DNA of 64,000 bases from NCBI GenBank assembly GCA_964645915.1, contig CAZYDH010000004.1, positions 7,224 through 71,223 of the forward strand. The letters run 5' to 3'. The notes below the pieces were generated by a model, which saw only the letters and a program-made list of their open reading frames with translations, was not told the origin of the DNA and made no database searches. Each line of letters begins with the position of its first letter. Within the stretch, counting starts at the first letter, position 1. The stretch is from an uncultured bacterium. GTDB lineage: Bacteria; Fidelibacterota; Marinisomatia; Marinisomatales; JACNKV01. Below, in pieces: positions 17,469-25,855 of the stretch. Both the position numbers and the translations under genes were made by a program.

Positions 17469-18662
17469 TTAAAATCCTTTTTCAGCTATAGAACAATCAT
17501 GTAATCCTGCATCATAGTCTTTTTTAGGAGTTCTCCAATCCCCATAGCGAAGGGTCAAGTATTCATCTACATGAGATGGTGTATGGATTTCTCTTCCTTC
17601 CCAAATGATTGTTTCCAAATTGGAATGGAATTTTTCATCAACCTGTTTTAAAGCATTAGTATCAATCCATCGATGAAATTTGCCCACATGATAGAGACAG
17701 AATAAATCTATATGAAAATTGATTTGTTTTAGTTTTTCCCATGGTGTTTTTATTTTCACAACTCTGGTATCACCGGGTATCCATGGACTATTTATAGGTT
17801 TCTTCTTCACAAGATATTTTGGGAAGAATTTTCCCCAAAGATTTAATACTTTTTGTGCATATTCTTCTGGGATTCCAAGATCCGCATCATAATCCCATGG
17901 GATTAAGTCACCATCTCTAACAATCCCCAAAAGAGTTCCGGCTTCCAACCAATGTGGTATATTATTTTCCTTTAGAATGTCGATTGTATAAAGGAGCATA
18001 TTTTTCATCCGTTGATGATATTTTTTTTCATGCAACTTAATCTTAATAGTCGGTGTAGCTTTGATAACTTTTTTTGGAGGAATTTCCTTGATAATTGGAT
18101 CATTTACAATGGTTATATCTTCAATTTGTTCAATCCAACCCGGAGAAAATTCAAGCCAATTCCCATATCTTTGAGTGAGATAATCTTCAGGATTTGATGG
18201 AGTTGGATATTGGTTTAAGTTTACACTAATAGAATCTAATTCATTAAAATAATGTTCATTAATCCATTTGCAATTTCTGTTTTTAACCCACCGATATTTG
18301 TCTTGATTTTTAAACTTAGGTGTGATAAACAACTTTTCCGCATCGCTTCTTCGTTTCCAGCTATTAAAAATTTCAACTCGACTGACATTTCCTGGGATCC
18401 ATTGTCTTCCTGAATTATCTGGATAACAATAAAATTTGTACAAGGGACCAAGTTCATTTTTTATAGATAGTAACTTTTCTAAAGAGTCTCCGGAAATAGA
18501 TATATAAATATTTTTTCTAGTGGGTAATTGTCTGTTATTTTTTTGTACCATTATTTCTAATAGTGTAAAATGATCTAACCAATAAGGAATCGCATATTTT
18601 TCGAGGATACGTGTTGTATCCCGAAATATTTTATTTTGTATTTTTGTCTTTATTTCCATCAA
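17469..18662 (-). CDS. LicD-family phosphotransferase with tandem LicD-like halves (N-terminal half degenerate)
   Basis: The C-terminal half has IPHWLEAGTLLGIVRDGDLIPWDYDADLGI, the LicD GTLLG...PWDxDxD motif. The N-terminal half has IPYWLDHFTLLEIM but no DxD. Confidence 0.7.
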   Translation of the reverse strand: MMEIKTKIQNKIFRDTTRILEKYAIPYWLDHFTLLEIMVQKNNRQLPTRKNIYISISGDSLEKLLSIKNELGPLYKFYCYPDNSGRQWIPGNVSRVEIFNSWKRRSDAEKLFITPKFKNQDKYRWVKNRNCKWINEHYFNELDSISVNLNQYPTPSNPEDYLTQRYGNWLEFSPGWIEQIEDITIVNDPIIKEIPPKKVIKATPTIKIKLHEKKYHQRMKNMLLYTIDILKENNIPHWLEAGTLLGIVRDGDLIPWDYDADLGIPEEYAQKVLNLWGKFFPKYLVKKKPINSPWIPGDTRVVKIKTPWEKLKQINFHIDLFCLYHVGKFHRWIDTNALKQVDEKFHSNLETIIWEGREIHTPSHVDEYLTLRYGDWRTPKKDYDAGLHDCSIAEKGF

Positions 18663-18682
18663 ATCAACTTACTATTCTGAGA

Positions 18683-20527
18683 CTATTGATTAAACTGAAT
18701 ATCATACAAATTTTTATACACACTATCATTTTTCATTAATTCTTCATGAGAACCAGTCTCAGATATTTCACCGTTTTTTAATACAATAATTTTATCCGCA
18801 TTCTTGATAGTTGAAAGCCGATGAGCTATCACAAGAGTTGTTCGATTCTTCATTAGTTTCTCTATCGCCACTTGAACGGCTAACTCAGATTTTGTGTCCA
18901 AAGATGATGTCGCTTCATCCAAAATTAAGATCGGTGGATTTTTCAATAATGCACGTGCAATTGCTAGTCTCTGACGTTGTCCTCCGGATAATCGAACTCC
19001 TTTATCTCCAACGATCGAATTCCACCCGTCCGGCATTTCTTCAATAAATTCAAGGGCATTTGCGGCTTTGGCCGCTTCCCGAATCGCATCCTCTGAAAGG
19101 CTCTCTAAACCATAAGCAATATTTGATTTGATTGTGTCATTAAAAAGAATGGTTTCTTGAGTTACGATTCCCATCTGTTCTCTTAGAGAAGATAGTGCAA
19201 CCTCACGAATGTCTTTACCATCAATCATGATCTTTCCACTAGTGACATCATAAAATCTAGGGATAAGGTCTGCAATGGTTGATTTACCTGCACCACTGGC
19301 TCCAACAACTGCGACGATCTCTCCTTTTTTCACAGAGAAAGAAATCCCATTTAAAACTTTAGTATCCTCTCCTTTATAATGAAAGTGGACATCTTCAAAT
19401 TGAATCCTATCTTTAAACCGTGAAGCTTGTACAGCATTTGGAACATCACAAATATCCGGAGCACGATCTAATACAGTATAAACCCGTTCAGCTGATGCCA
19501 TCCCTGCTTGCAACTCAACATTAACATTGCTCAATTTTCGTAACGGATCCATCACACTGAACATCAGTAAAACGAACCGAATAAAATCTTCTGAAGTCAT
19601 TGATTTTTCGACTAAGACATCCATTCCGCCCACCATGAGTAGAGACACCCCAATTCCAACCCCAATAGTTTCAGTAATGGGTGTAGATAAATGACGAAGT
19701 TTTGCGCGTCTGAAAATCAACTTAAAATATTTTTTTGTTTCCTTTAAAAACTTGGTTATTTCATATTGCTCCATTGAGAATGCTTTCACAATCCGAATGG
19801 ATGCAAGTGTTTCGGTGATAATATTGGTGATCCCCGCAATTTTACCGGCTGTTCGACGTGACTTTCTGCGAATACTACGTCCGATAGCAAAAATAGCAAT
19901 CCCTGAAACTGGGACAATAATCCCTGCAACCAATGTTAATTTTGGACTGATTATGAACATCAACGTTAAAAATGCTAAGATGTTGATCGGTTCAACAAAG
20001 AGTTTTTGAAAGCTTGTCGAAAGTGCACGACGCATATTCGCAACATCATTAACAACTATCGATGTAAGTTCTCCCGATTTTTTCCGATCAAAATAAGATA
20101 ACGATAATTGCTGAAATTTTACATAAAGACGATTTCTTAATTCCGTAATCAATTGAAATTGAACATAAGTAAGTAAGATATTCTTTAGATATAAAAATAC
20201 ATTTTTAACAGCGAAAACACTCAATAAATACACGCACAGCATTTTTAAAGTATCAACTGCAGTCTCTTGTAAAATTAGATTGTTCGTCCATAATTTTAAT
20301 CGGTCGTTCATCGATAAATCTGTCGCTGATTCTAATAGTTTACTTTCCCTAACCACATTTTCAAAATCGGCTAAAATACTATTTAATAGCGAAGCTGTCA
20401 GCCAAATGGAGATACTGTTAAATGAAACATAGATAAACGCTGCAAGAGTAGACCCCAACAAATAAAACCAATATTTTCCAACCAGTTTAAATAATCTTGT
20501 ATATAGAGATTTCGGTTTTTCGATCAT
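18683..20527 (-). CDS. ABC transporter, fused permease/ATPase (MsbA/exporter type)
   Basis: 614 aa with six predicted TM helices, then Walker A GASGAGKST, signature LSGGQRQR and Walker B ILILDEATS. Confidence 0.85.
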   Translation of the reverse strand: MIEKPKSLYTRLFKLVGKYWFYLLGSTLAAFIYVSFNSISIWLTASLLNSILADFENVVRESKLLESATDLSMNDRLKLWTNNLILQETAVDTLKMLCVYLLSVFAVKNVFLYLKNILLTYVQFQLITELRNRLYVKFQQLSLSYFDRKKSGELTSIVVNDVANMRRALSTSFQKLFVEPINILAFLTLMFIISPKLTLVAGIIVPVSGIAIFAIGRSIRRKSRRTAGKIAGITNIITETLASIRIVKAFSMEQYEITKFLKETKKYFKLIFRRAKLRHLSTPITETIGVGIGVSLLMVGGMDVLVEKSMTSEDFIRFVLLMFSVMDPLRKLSNVNVELQAGMASAERVYTVLDRAPDICDVPNAVQASRFKDRIQFEDVHFHYKGEDTKVLNGISFSVKKGEIVAVVGASGAGKSTIADLIPRFYDVTSGKIMIDGKDIREVALSSLREQMGIVTQETILFNDTIKSNIAYGLESLSEDAIREAAKAANALEFIEEMPDGWNSIVGDKGVRLSGGQRQRLAIARALLKNPPILILDEATSSLDTKSELAVQVAIEKLMKNRTTLVIAHRLSTIKNADKIIVLKNGEISETGSHEELMKNDSVYKNLYDIQFNQ

Positions 20528-20604
20528 TTATTTCATCTTTTTCAATTGTATCGAATTATGAAATATACATTAAAATTCTCAAAACTTTATGTCCTCAAAA
20601 TTGT

Positions 20605-21030
20605 TTACCGGATTTGTAATACCATTTTTTTATGAGGGATATTGGCTTCACAAAATTGTTTTCCTTCTGATCTAAAACCAAATTTCTCATAAAATGGAAT
20701 TACAGCTTCCTGAGCATTTAAATAAATATTTTTTTCAGTTGAATTCTTTTCTAAACAAAAGAGTACTAATTCAGACCCAACCTTTAATCCTCGAAATTGC
20801 TTCAATACTGCGAATCTTTCCAATTTCAACCCGTGTTTAGTTTTTCTCCATCTTGCAGTTGCAATCGGTTCTTCATTTATCTTTGCTAAAATGTGTTGAG
20901 AACTTTTATCGAATTCATCCATTTCAATATTTTCTTCAACATTTTGTTCCTCAATAAATACTTTTCTCCGAATTTCAAATGCGATATGCAATTCCTCTTC
21001 GGTTGTAATTCTATTTATACAAATAGTCAT
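20605..21030 (-). CDS. GNAT family N-acetyltransferase
   Basis: 141 aa. The RGLKVGSELV acetyl-CoA binding block fits the GNAT fold pattern. Confidence 0.8.
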   Translation of the reverse strand: MTICINRITTEEELHIAFEIRRKVFIEEQNVEENIEMDEFDKSSQHILAKINEEPIATARWRKTKHGLKLERFAVLKQFRGLKVGSELVLFCLEKNSTEKNIYLNAQEAVIPFYEKFGFRSEGKQFCEANIPHKKMVLQIR

Positions 21031-21060
21031 TATAAATGTATTAAAGAACGAAAAGAATTA

Positions 21061-21759
21061 TTACTTCTTCTCCGGACCTTCCCAAAGGATCGGATAAATT
21101 GATTCACCAAACATTCCAACATTCGCTTTATAAAATTCATTCAAATCTTGATGATCAAAAGGAGTTTTCATGCTTTTATTTTTTAGAGTATTCCCAAAAT
21201 AATTCCCCCCATACACATCAACCGATGATTGATGTCGCACCATTCTCACCGGATAGACATCTGCTTTAATGGCGGCCATTATATCACTATCTGAATCACC
21301 ATAATACATATCGAGTCCAAGATAATTCATAATTCTATGTTTGGTTGTAAACTTATTTCCTTCGATGTATTCTTTTGGACTAAAAAATAAATTCTTTTCC
21401 ACTTCAACGTTAAATCCAACGATATCAGAAAGGAATTCCGCAACATAATGACCGTTTTCACCCCCTCTTGCAGTGATAAAATAAACTTCATGTCCGTTTA
21501 AATGAAAATAACGGACAAGAGCAATGGTAGGAGTGATCGGAATAGATAATTCTCTATCACGAGCATTGATCCAGCCAAAATCAAGGCGGTTATTTTGATC
21601 TCTTGGTGCATCTTCAAACACATAACGAGAATATAGAACTGTGTCATCAATGTCAAAACCAACCTTCATAATTCCCGGTTGTGAAAAAAGAAATCCATTT
21701 AATATTATTCCTAATAATACCATTAAATAAAATTGTGTTTTTGTGGTGTTTATTTTCAT
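21061..21759 (-). CDS. Secreted HAD-superfamily class B acid phosphatase-like protein
   Basis: VGFDIDDTVLYS (DDDD-type motif I), ITAR and YGDSDSDI motifs. I moved the start to M45 (MKINTTKTQFYLMVLLG... signal peptide), because the longer ORF is antisense to hemW. Confidence 0.65.
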   Translation of the reverse strand: MKINTTKTQFYLMVLLGIILNGFLFSQPGIMKVGFDIDDTVLYSRYVFEDAPRDQNNRLDFGWINARDRELSIPITPTIALVRYFHLNGHEVYFITARGGENGHYVAEFLSDIVGFNVEVEKNLFFSPKEYIEGNKFTTKHRIMNYLGLDMYYGDSDSDIMAAIKADVYPVRMVRHQSSVDVYGGNYFGNTLKNKSMKTPFDHQDLNEFYKANVGMFGESIYPILWEGPEKK

Positions 21760-21788
21760 ATCGTTATCTGTCCTATGTAATTTATTGC

Positions 21789-22922
21789 GTGCAAACAGCG
21801 GGAATTTACATCCATATACCTTTTTGTAGGAAAAAATGTCTTTACTGCGATTTTTACTCCATTCCAAATGCAGATGATCTAATTCAACCATTCATTGATG
21901 CGCTTTGTATTGAAATCGAACAATGTAATATAGACATTTCTGACTGGCATTTTGATACATGTTTTATTGGGGGTGGAACACCCAGTATTCTTCATCCTAA
22001 TCAATTGGAACAATTACTCACCGCATTAGAAAAACATTTTAATATCCATCACTTTTCTGAATTCACCATCGAAGTGAATCCCGGAGAAATCTCTGAAAAT
22101 GCGTTAAACCAATTTCGATCATTAGGTATTAATCGTCTTTCATTGGGTATTCAATCTCTAAACTCAAATAATCTTAAAACCCTTGATCGAATTCACACCC
22201 CTGAACAGGCGATCCAATCAATTGAGTTAGCAAAAAAGATCGGTTTTGATAATATCTCTTGTGACCTTATCTATGGAATTCCAAATCAATCAATACAATC
22301 ATGGAAGGAGACTTTAAAAACCGTTATAAAACTTCAACCCGAACATCTTTCAGCCTATGAACTCACAGTTGAACCAAAGACACCACTTTACTCCATGGTC
22401 GCTTCAAATAAAATTCAAATGCCATCGGATTTAAGTATACTGAAAAAATCGCAATTAACTCATAATCTTCTAAACGAAAATGGATATGACAAATATGAGG
22501 TAAGTAATTATTCTATACCGGGTAAAAAGTGTGTACACAATTTACATTATTGGAGAATTGAACCATATTTAGGGTTGGGTCCTTCAGCACATAGTTTCGA
22601 TGGTACACAACGATATTCAAATCTGATTGATCTGCATCTATATATTGATAATTTACAGAACAATAAATCGGTTCAAAATCATCAGGAAACACTTACTGAA
22701 ATACAATTAACTAACGAAAAAATTGGATTCGGATTAAGGATGAAAGAAGGAATTAACTTGAATTCATTTTCTAAATCACAACAAGAGCAGATAACAATAT
22801 CTTTGAGTATAACTCAAGATAAATGGCCGGGATGTATACAGATCTGTGATGGTCAAATTTCTTTAACAGAAAAAGGAATAATTTTCGCAGATACGATAGC
22901 CGTTGATCTTTTTATTAACTAA
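21789..22922 (+). CDS. hemW: Radical SAM heme chaperone HemW (coproporphyrinogen III oxidase-like)
   Basis: GIYIHIPFCRKKCLYCDF (CxxxCxxC) near the N-terminus, and the HemN_C region. I propose a GTG start at 21789. The track start (ATG at 21681) adds 36 aa antisense to the neighbouring signal peptide. Confidence 0.8.
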   Translation: MQTAGIYIHIPFCRKKCLYCDFYSIPNADDLIQPFIDALCIEIEQCNIDISDWHFDTCFIGGGTPSILHPNQLEQLLTALEKHFNIHHFSEFTIEVNPGEISENALNQFRSLGINRLSLGIQSLNSNNLKTLDRIHTPEQAIQSIELAKKIGFDNISCDLIYGIPNQSIQSWKETLKTVIKLQPEHLSAYELTVEPKTPLYSMVASNKIQMPSDLSILKKSQLTHNLLNENGYDKYEVSNYSIPGKKCVHNLHYWRIEPYLGLGPSAHSFDGTQRYSNLIDLHLYIDNLQNNKSVQNHQETLTEIQLTNEKIGFGLRMKEGINLNSFSKSQQEQITISLSITQDKWPGCIQICDGQISLTEKGIIFADTIAVDLFIN

Positions 22923-22941
22923 AAAAGATCAATTTATACAC

Positions 22942-23730
22942 CTAATAGGTAAAATGCCTTATAGGTTCTCCTTCATCTTCGATATGAGACATCGCCTGGA
23001 TACCCATCTCTAAGTGATGATTTAGATATTTTTTTGTAATTGTACGGTCTGATTCTTCGGTTTTGACACCCTCAGGAGTTGTTGGGCGATCAGATACTAA
23101 CAGCAAAGCGCCGCGGTCTATATTATTGGCTAATCCGGTGATAAATAATGTTGCTGTCTCCATATCGATCGCCAATACACGCAATTTTTGAAGATATTGT
23201 CTAAATTCATCATCATGTTCCCATACCCGTCTGTTTGTTGTGTAAATGACTCCGGTTCGATAATCAAAATCATTTCTAACTAAAACATCAGAAACATATT
23301 TATGAAGTTTGAATGTCGGCATTGCAGGGACTTCTTTTGGGAAATAATCATCTCCCGTCCCCTCTCCTCGGATAGCAGCCATCGGTAAAATAAAATGTCC
23401 AATTTCTGTAGATTTTTTTAAGCCACCGCATTTACCAAGGAATAAGACTCCTTTTGGGGACGCTGCTGAAAGCAAATCCATCACTGTTGCAACATTAGCA
23501 CTCCCAATACCAAAATTGATGATACTTAACCCTTCTTTATTTGTAGCAGAAGTCATGGGGCCACCCACTCCTCTTATCGGGACATCAAAACGTTCTGCAA
23601 AATTCTCAACATAATTTTGAAAATTGGTTAATAAAATCCAATCACCGTATTCTTCAGGTGTTGTTCCTGTGTAACGTTTCAACCAATTTCGTGTAATTTT
23701 CTCTTTACTAATCACTTTATTTTCTCCCAT
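22942..23730 (-). CDS. AMP nucleosidase-like nucleoside phosphorylase (PNP_UDP_1 family)
   Basis: 262 aa. LLTNFQNYVENF and GKCGGL...MAAIRGEG...AIDMETA blocks resemble the AMP nucleosidase catalytic domain. Confidence 0.6.
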   Translation of the reverse strand: MGENKVISKEKITRNWLKRYTGTTPEEYGDWILLTNFQNYVENFAERFDVPIRGVGGPMTSATNKEGLSIINFGIGSANVATVMDLLSAASPKGVLFLGKCGGLKKSTEIGHFILPMAAIRGEGTGDDYFPKEVPAMPTFKLHKYVSDVLVRNDFDYRTGVIYTTNRRVWEHDDEFRQYLQKLRVLAIDMETATLFITGLANNIDRGALLLVSDRPTTPEGVKTEESDRTITKKYLNHHLEMGIQAMSHIEDEGEPIRHFTY

Positions 23731-23738
23731 TAAAATAT

Positions 23739-24512
23739 TTATTCTATACTACTTTTAATCGATATGGAAACAGGACAATGATCTGATCCCATGACATCAT
23801 CATGAATATCAGCATCTTTCACCTTACTAACAAATCCTTCGTTTACCCAAAAGTAATCAATCCTCCATCCGACATTCCTTGATCTCGCTCCAAAACGATA
23901 CGTCCACCAACTGTATCGATCAGGTTCTGGATGAAATAACCGAAATGTATCAACATATCCAAATTCCTCGTACTTATCGAGTAACGCTCGCTCTTCCGGT
24001 AAAAATCCTGATGTTTTCTTATTGTCTTTTGGGCGAGCAAGATCAATGGGTTTATGTGCAGTGTTCCAATCACCACCGACAACCACATTATTTCCAGAGT
24101 CCACTTGTTCATTTAATATTTTCAAAAGGTCTTCATAAAATTCAAGCTTATAATCTAATCTTTCTTGATCTCGCTGACCATTTGGAAAATAAATATTATA
24201 CAGTAAGAAATTCTCATGTTCTGTGATAAGAACTCTTCCTTCACGATCATATTTATCAATGCCTAAACCGTATTGAACATACAGCGGTTCTTCTTTACAA
24301 AAGGTTGCCACACCACTATACCCGGGCCGTTGAGCTGAATGCCAATAGGTATGATATTCATGATCAGATATCAAACGAGATGTCAGTTGCTCTTTATAGG
24401 CTTTTGTTTCCTGTAAACAAACGATATCCGGTTGAACCATGCTTAACCATCCAAGAAAATCTTTTCTTTCTGCAGCCCGCACACCATTCACATTCCATGA
24501 GTATATATTCAA
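23739..24512 (-). CDS. xthA: Exodeoxyribonuclease III
   Basis: 257 aa with YSWNVNGVRA, CLQETK, GDWNTAH and SDHCPV blocks. Confidence 0.9.
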   Translation of the reverse strand: MNIYSWNVNGVRAAERKDFLGWLSMVQPDIVCLQETKAYKEQLTSRLISDHEYHTYWHSAQRPGYSGVATFCKEEPLYVQYGLGIDKYDREGRVLITEHENFLLYNIYFPNGQRDQERLDYKLEFYEDLLKILNEQVDSGNNVVVGGDWNTAHKPIDLARPKDNKKTSGFLPEERALLDKYEEFGYVDTFRLFHPEPDRYSWWTYRFGARSRNVGWRIDYFWVNEGFVSKVKDADIHDDVMGSDHCPVSISIKSSIE

Positions 24513-24685
24513 TGAAGTTCTCTCTTTTGTGTAAAGTATTTATTTGAATTACAATATAGAATTTACACTTTCTCGATGATACACACAATTTTCGCTTTTC
24601 ATTTTTCAGGCTATTGAGGAATCATAATGTATAATATCATATTATTTATTAACTTGTATCTTAATATTATAGTCGGAGTTTTTAA

Positions 24686-25189
24686 ATGAACAAAAAGAAA
24701 CGAAAAAATAAACACTCTAAAAACAGTATTTTTTCTGTTTTATTTAATGAATATAGGTTTGAATTGACGGTTGGACTTCTGTTCAGCTTAGGGGTTTTTC
24801 TTTTGTGGGAAGACATGGAGATTAAGAATTTTGTATGGAATGCTATCGAAACTAGCGCAAGGTTTGCTGCGGATATAATTCTACTCTTTCTTTCCGGAGT
24901 AGCAAAAATAATTCGTTCAGTAGAAACTTCTGATGTAATTGGTTTGATTTTTATTATAAGTGCAGGAGTTCTCGTATTAGACCGAGTACGAATTCGAACA
25001 ATCGAACGGATGATCTTACCGGACACCTGTCCTAAGTGTGACGGTGATTTACAAAGAATACACCGAACATTAAAACACCGAATCCTTGAGATTATCATGA
25101 CGGCAAGGATCAAACATTATCGATGCAAAAATTGTTCCCATCAGTTCATAGCTGCTAAACGGAAGAAAAAAACAAGAATCACAGAGTGA
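24686..25189 (+). CDS. Hypothetical membrane protein with a C-terminal zinc ribbon
   Basis: Lys-rich N-terminus, about 3 hydrophobic helices, then CPKCDG...x26...CKNCSH. GGAG lies about 9 nt upstream of the ATG. I prefer it over the fully overlapping antisense ORF 24682-25113, which has low-complexity content. Confidence 0.45.
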   Translation: MNKKKRKNKHSKNSIFSVLFNEYRFELTVGLLFSLGVFLLWEDMEIKNFVWNAIETSARFAADIILLFLSGVAKIIRSVETSDVIGLIFIISAGVLVLDRVRIRTIERMILPDTCPKCDGDLQRIHRTLKHRILEIIMTARIKHYRCKNCSHQFIAAKRKKKTRITE

Positions 25190-25315
25190 AGTATTCTAAA
25201 TGCTAAATCATAGAATTTCTAATATATATAATATTCCCAAAAAAGGAATAATTCAGTCCATCAAACCGTTTGTTTTGCTTTTACAAACCTGTTAATTTCA
25301 CGGGCGATTTTTGTT

Positions 25316-25388
25316 GGCTCGATAGCTCAGTTGGTAGAGCAGAGGCCTGAAAAGCCTTGTGTCGATGGTTCGATTCCGTCTCGAGCCA
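25316..25388 (+). tRNA. tRNA-Phe (anticodon GAA)
   Basis: Manual cloverleaf: acceptor GGCTCGA/TCGAGCC, D-arm GCTCAGTTGGTAGAGC, anticodon loop CTGAAAA, T-arm GATGG-TTCGATT-CCGTC. CCA is not encoded. Confidence 0.9.
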
Positions 25389-25402
25389 CAAAAAATAAAA
25401 AT

Positions 25403-25424
25403 CCCGAATTTCTCGGGTTTTTTA
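25403..25424. terminator. Intrinsic terminator hairpin (CCCGA-attTC-TCGGG) flanked by an A-run and a T-run; probably bidirectional (tRNA-Phe / aroQ)
   Basis: Read directly: aaaaataaaaatCCCGAatttcTCGGGtttttt. It lies between the 3' end of the tRNA and the aroQ stop codon. Confidence 0.5.
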
Positions 25425-25426
25425 TT

Positions 25427-25855
25427 TTAATATAACGAACAAAGTAACTGGATCGCTTTTAAGTAGCCTTCTTTCCCCAGTCCTTTTAATTGTGTTACAC
25501 ACACTTCTTTGATAACCGATATTTTTCTAAACTCCTCACGTGTTTCAATATCACTTAAATGAACTTCTACCGTGGGAATTTTAACAGCTTCAATGGCATC
25601 TCGTATCGCATAGGAATAATGAGTAAAAGCACCCGGATTAATGATTATTCCGTCCGCCCAATCTATGGATTCATGAATACGATCTATGATCTCTCCTTCG
25701 TGATTGGATTGAAAAAATTTCAACATAACATCTAATAGTTTTGATTTGGAGACTAACCAGCCTTCAACTTGCTCTAAAGTTTCATTTCCATAAACATCCG
25801 GTTCACGCAACCCGAGTAAATTCAGATTCGGACCGTTGATGACTAATATTTTCAC
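25427..25855 (-). CDS. aroQ: Type II 3-dehydroquinate dehydratase
   Basis: 142 aa with ILVINGPNLNLLGxREPxxYG and the HxSN/INPGAxTHxS blocks. Confidence 0.9.
   Translation of the reverse strand: MKILVINGPNLNLLGLREPDVYGNETLEQVEGWLVSKSKLLDVMLKFFQSNHEGEIIDRIHESIDWADGIIINPGAFTHYSYAIRDAIEAVKIPTVEVHLSDIETREEFRKISVIKEVCVTQLKGLGKEGYLKAIQLLCSLY

Noticed and set aside
18683-20527. Treating the ABC exporter as a proven component of the phosphonate pathway
   Set aside because: It is co-directional and only 20 nt from the LicD-like gene, but its sequence is also compatible with a housekeeping MsbA-type lipid A flippase. I kept it inside the island only as a hypothesis.
21681-21891. Long N-terminal extensions of hemW (ATG at 21681) and of the acid phosphatase (ATG at 21891) that would make the two divergent genes overlap by about 210 nt
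   Set aside because: Each extension is antisense to the conserved N-terminus of the other gene. The radical-SAM motif and the signal peptide both begin immediately after the internal starts (GTG at 21789; ATG at 21759).
24682-25113. 143-aa minus-strand ORF overlapping the membrane/zinc-ribbon ORF
   Set aside because: The translation is Arg/Ser/Ile-rich with no TM or motif logic and no RBS. The plus-strand frame has a coherent architecture and an upstream GGAG.
25190-25430. tRNA-Phe (and tRNA-Thr at 42043-42115) as possible integration hot spots or genomic-island borders
   Set aside because: There is no integrase, no direct repeat of the tRNA 3' end, and no phage or IS gene on either side. 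The neighbours are core metabolic genes.
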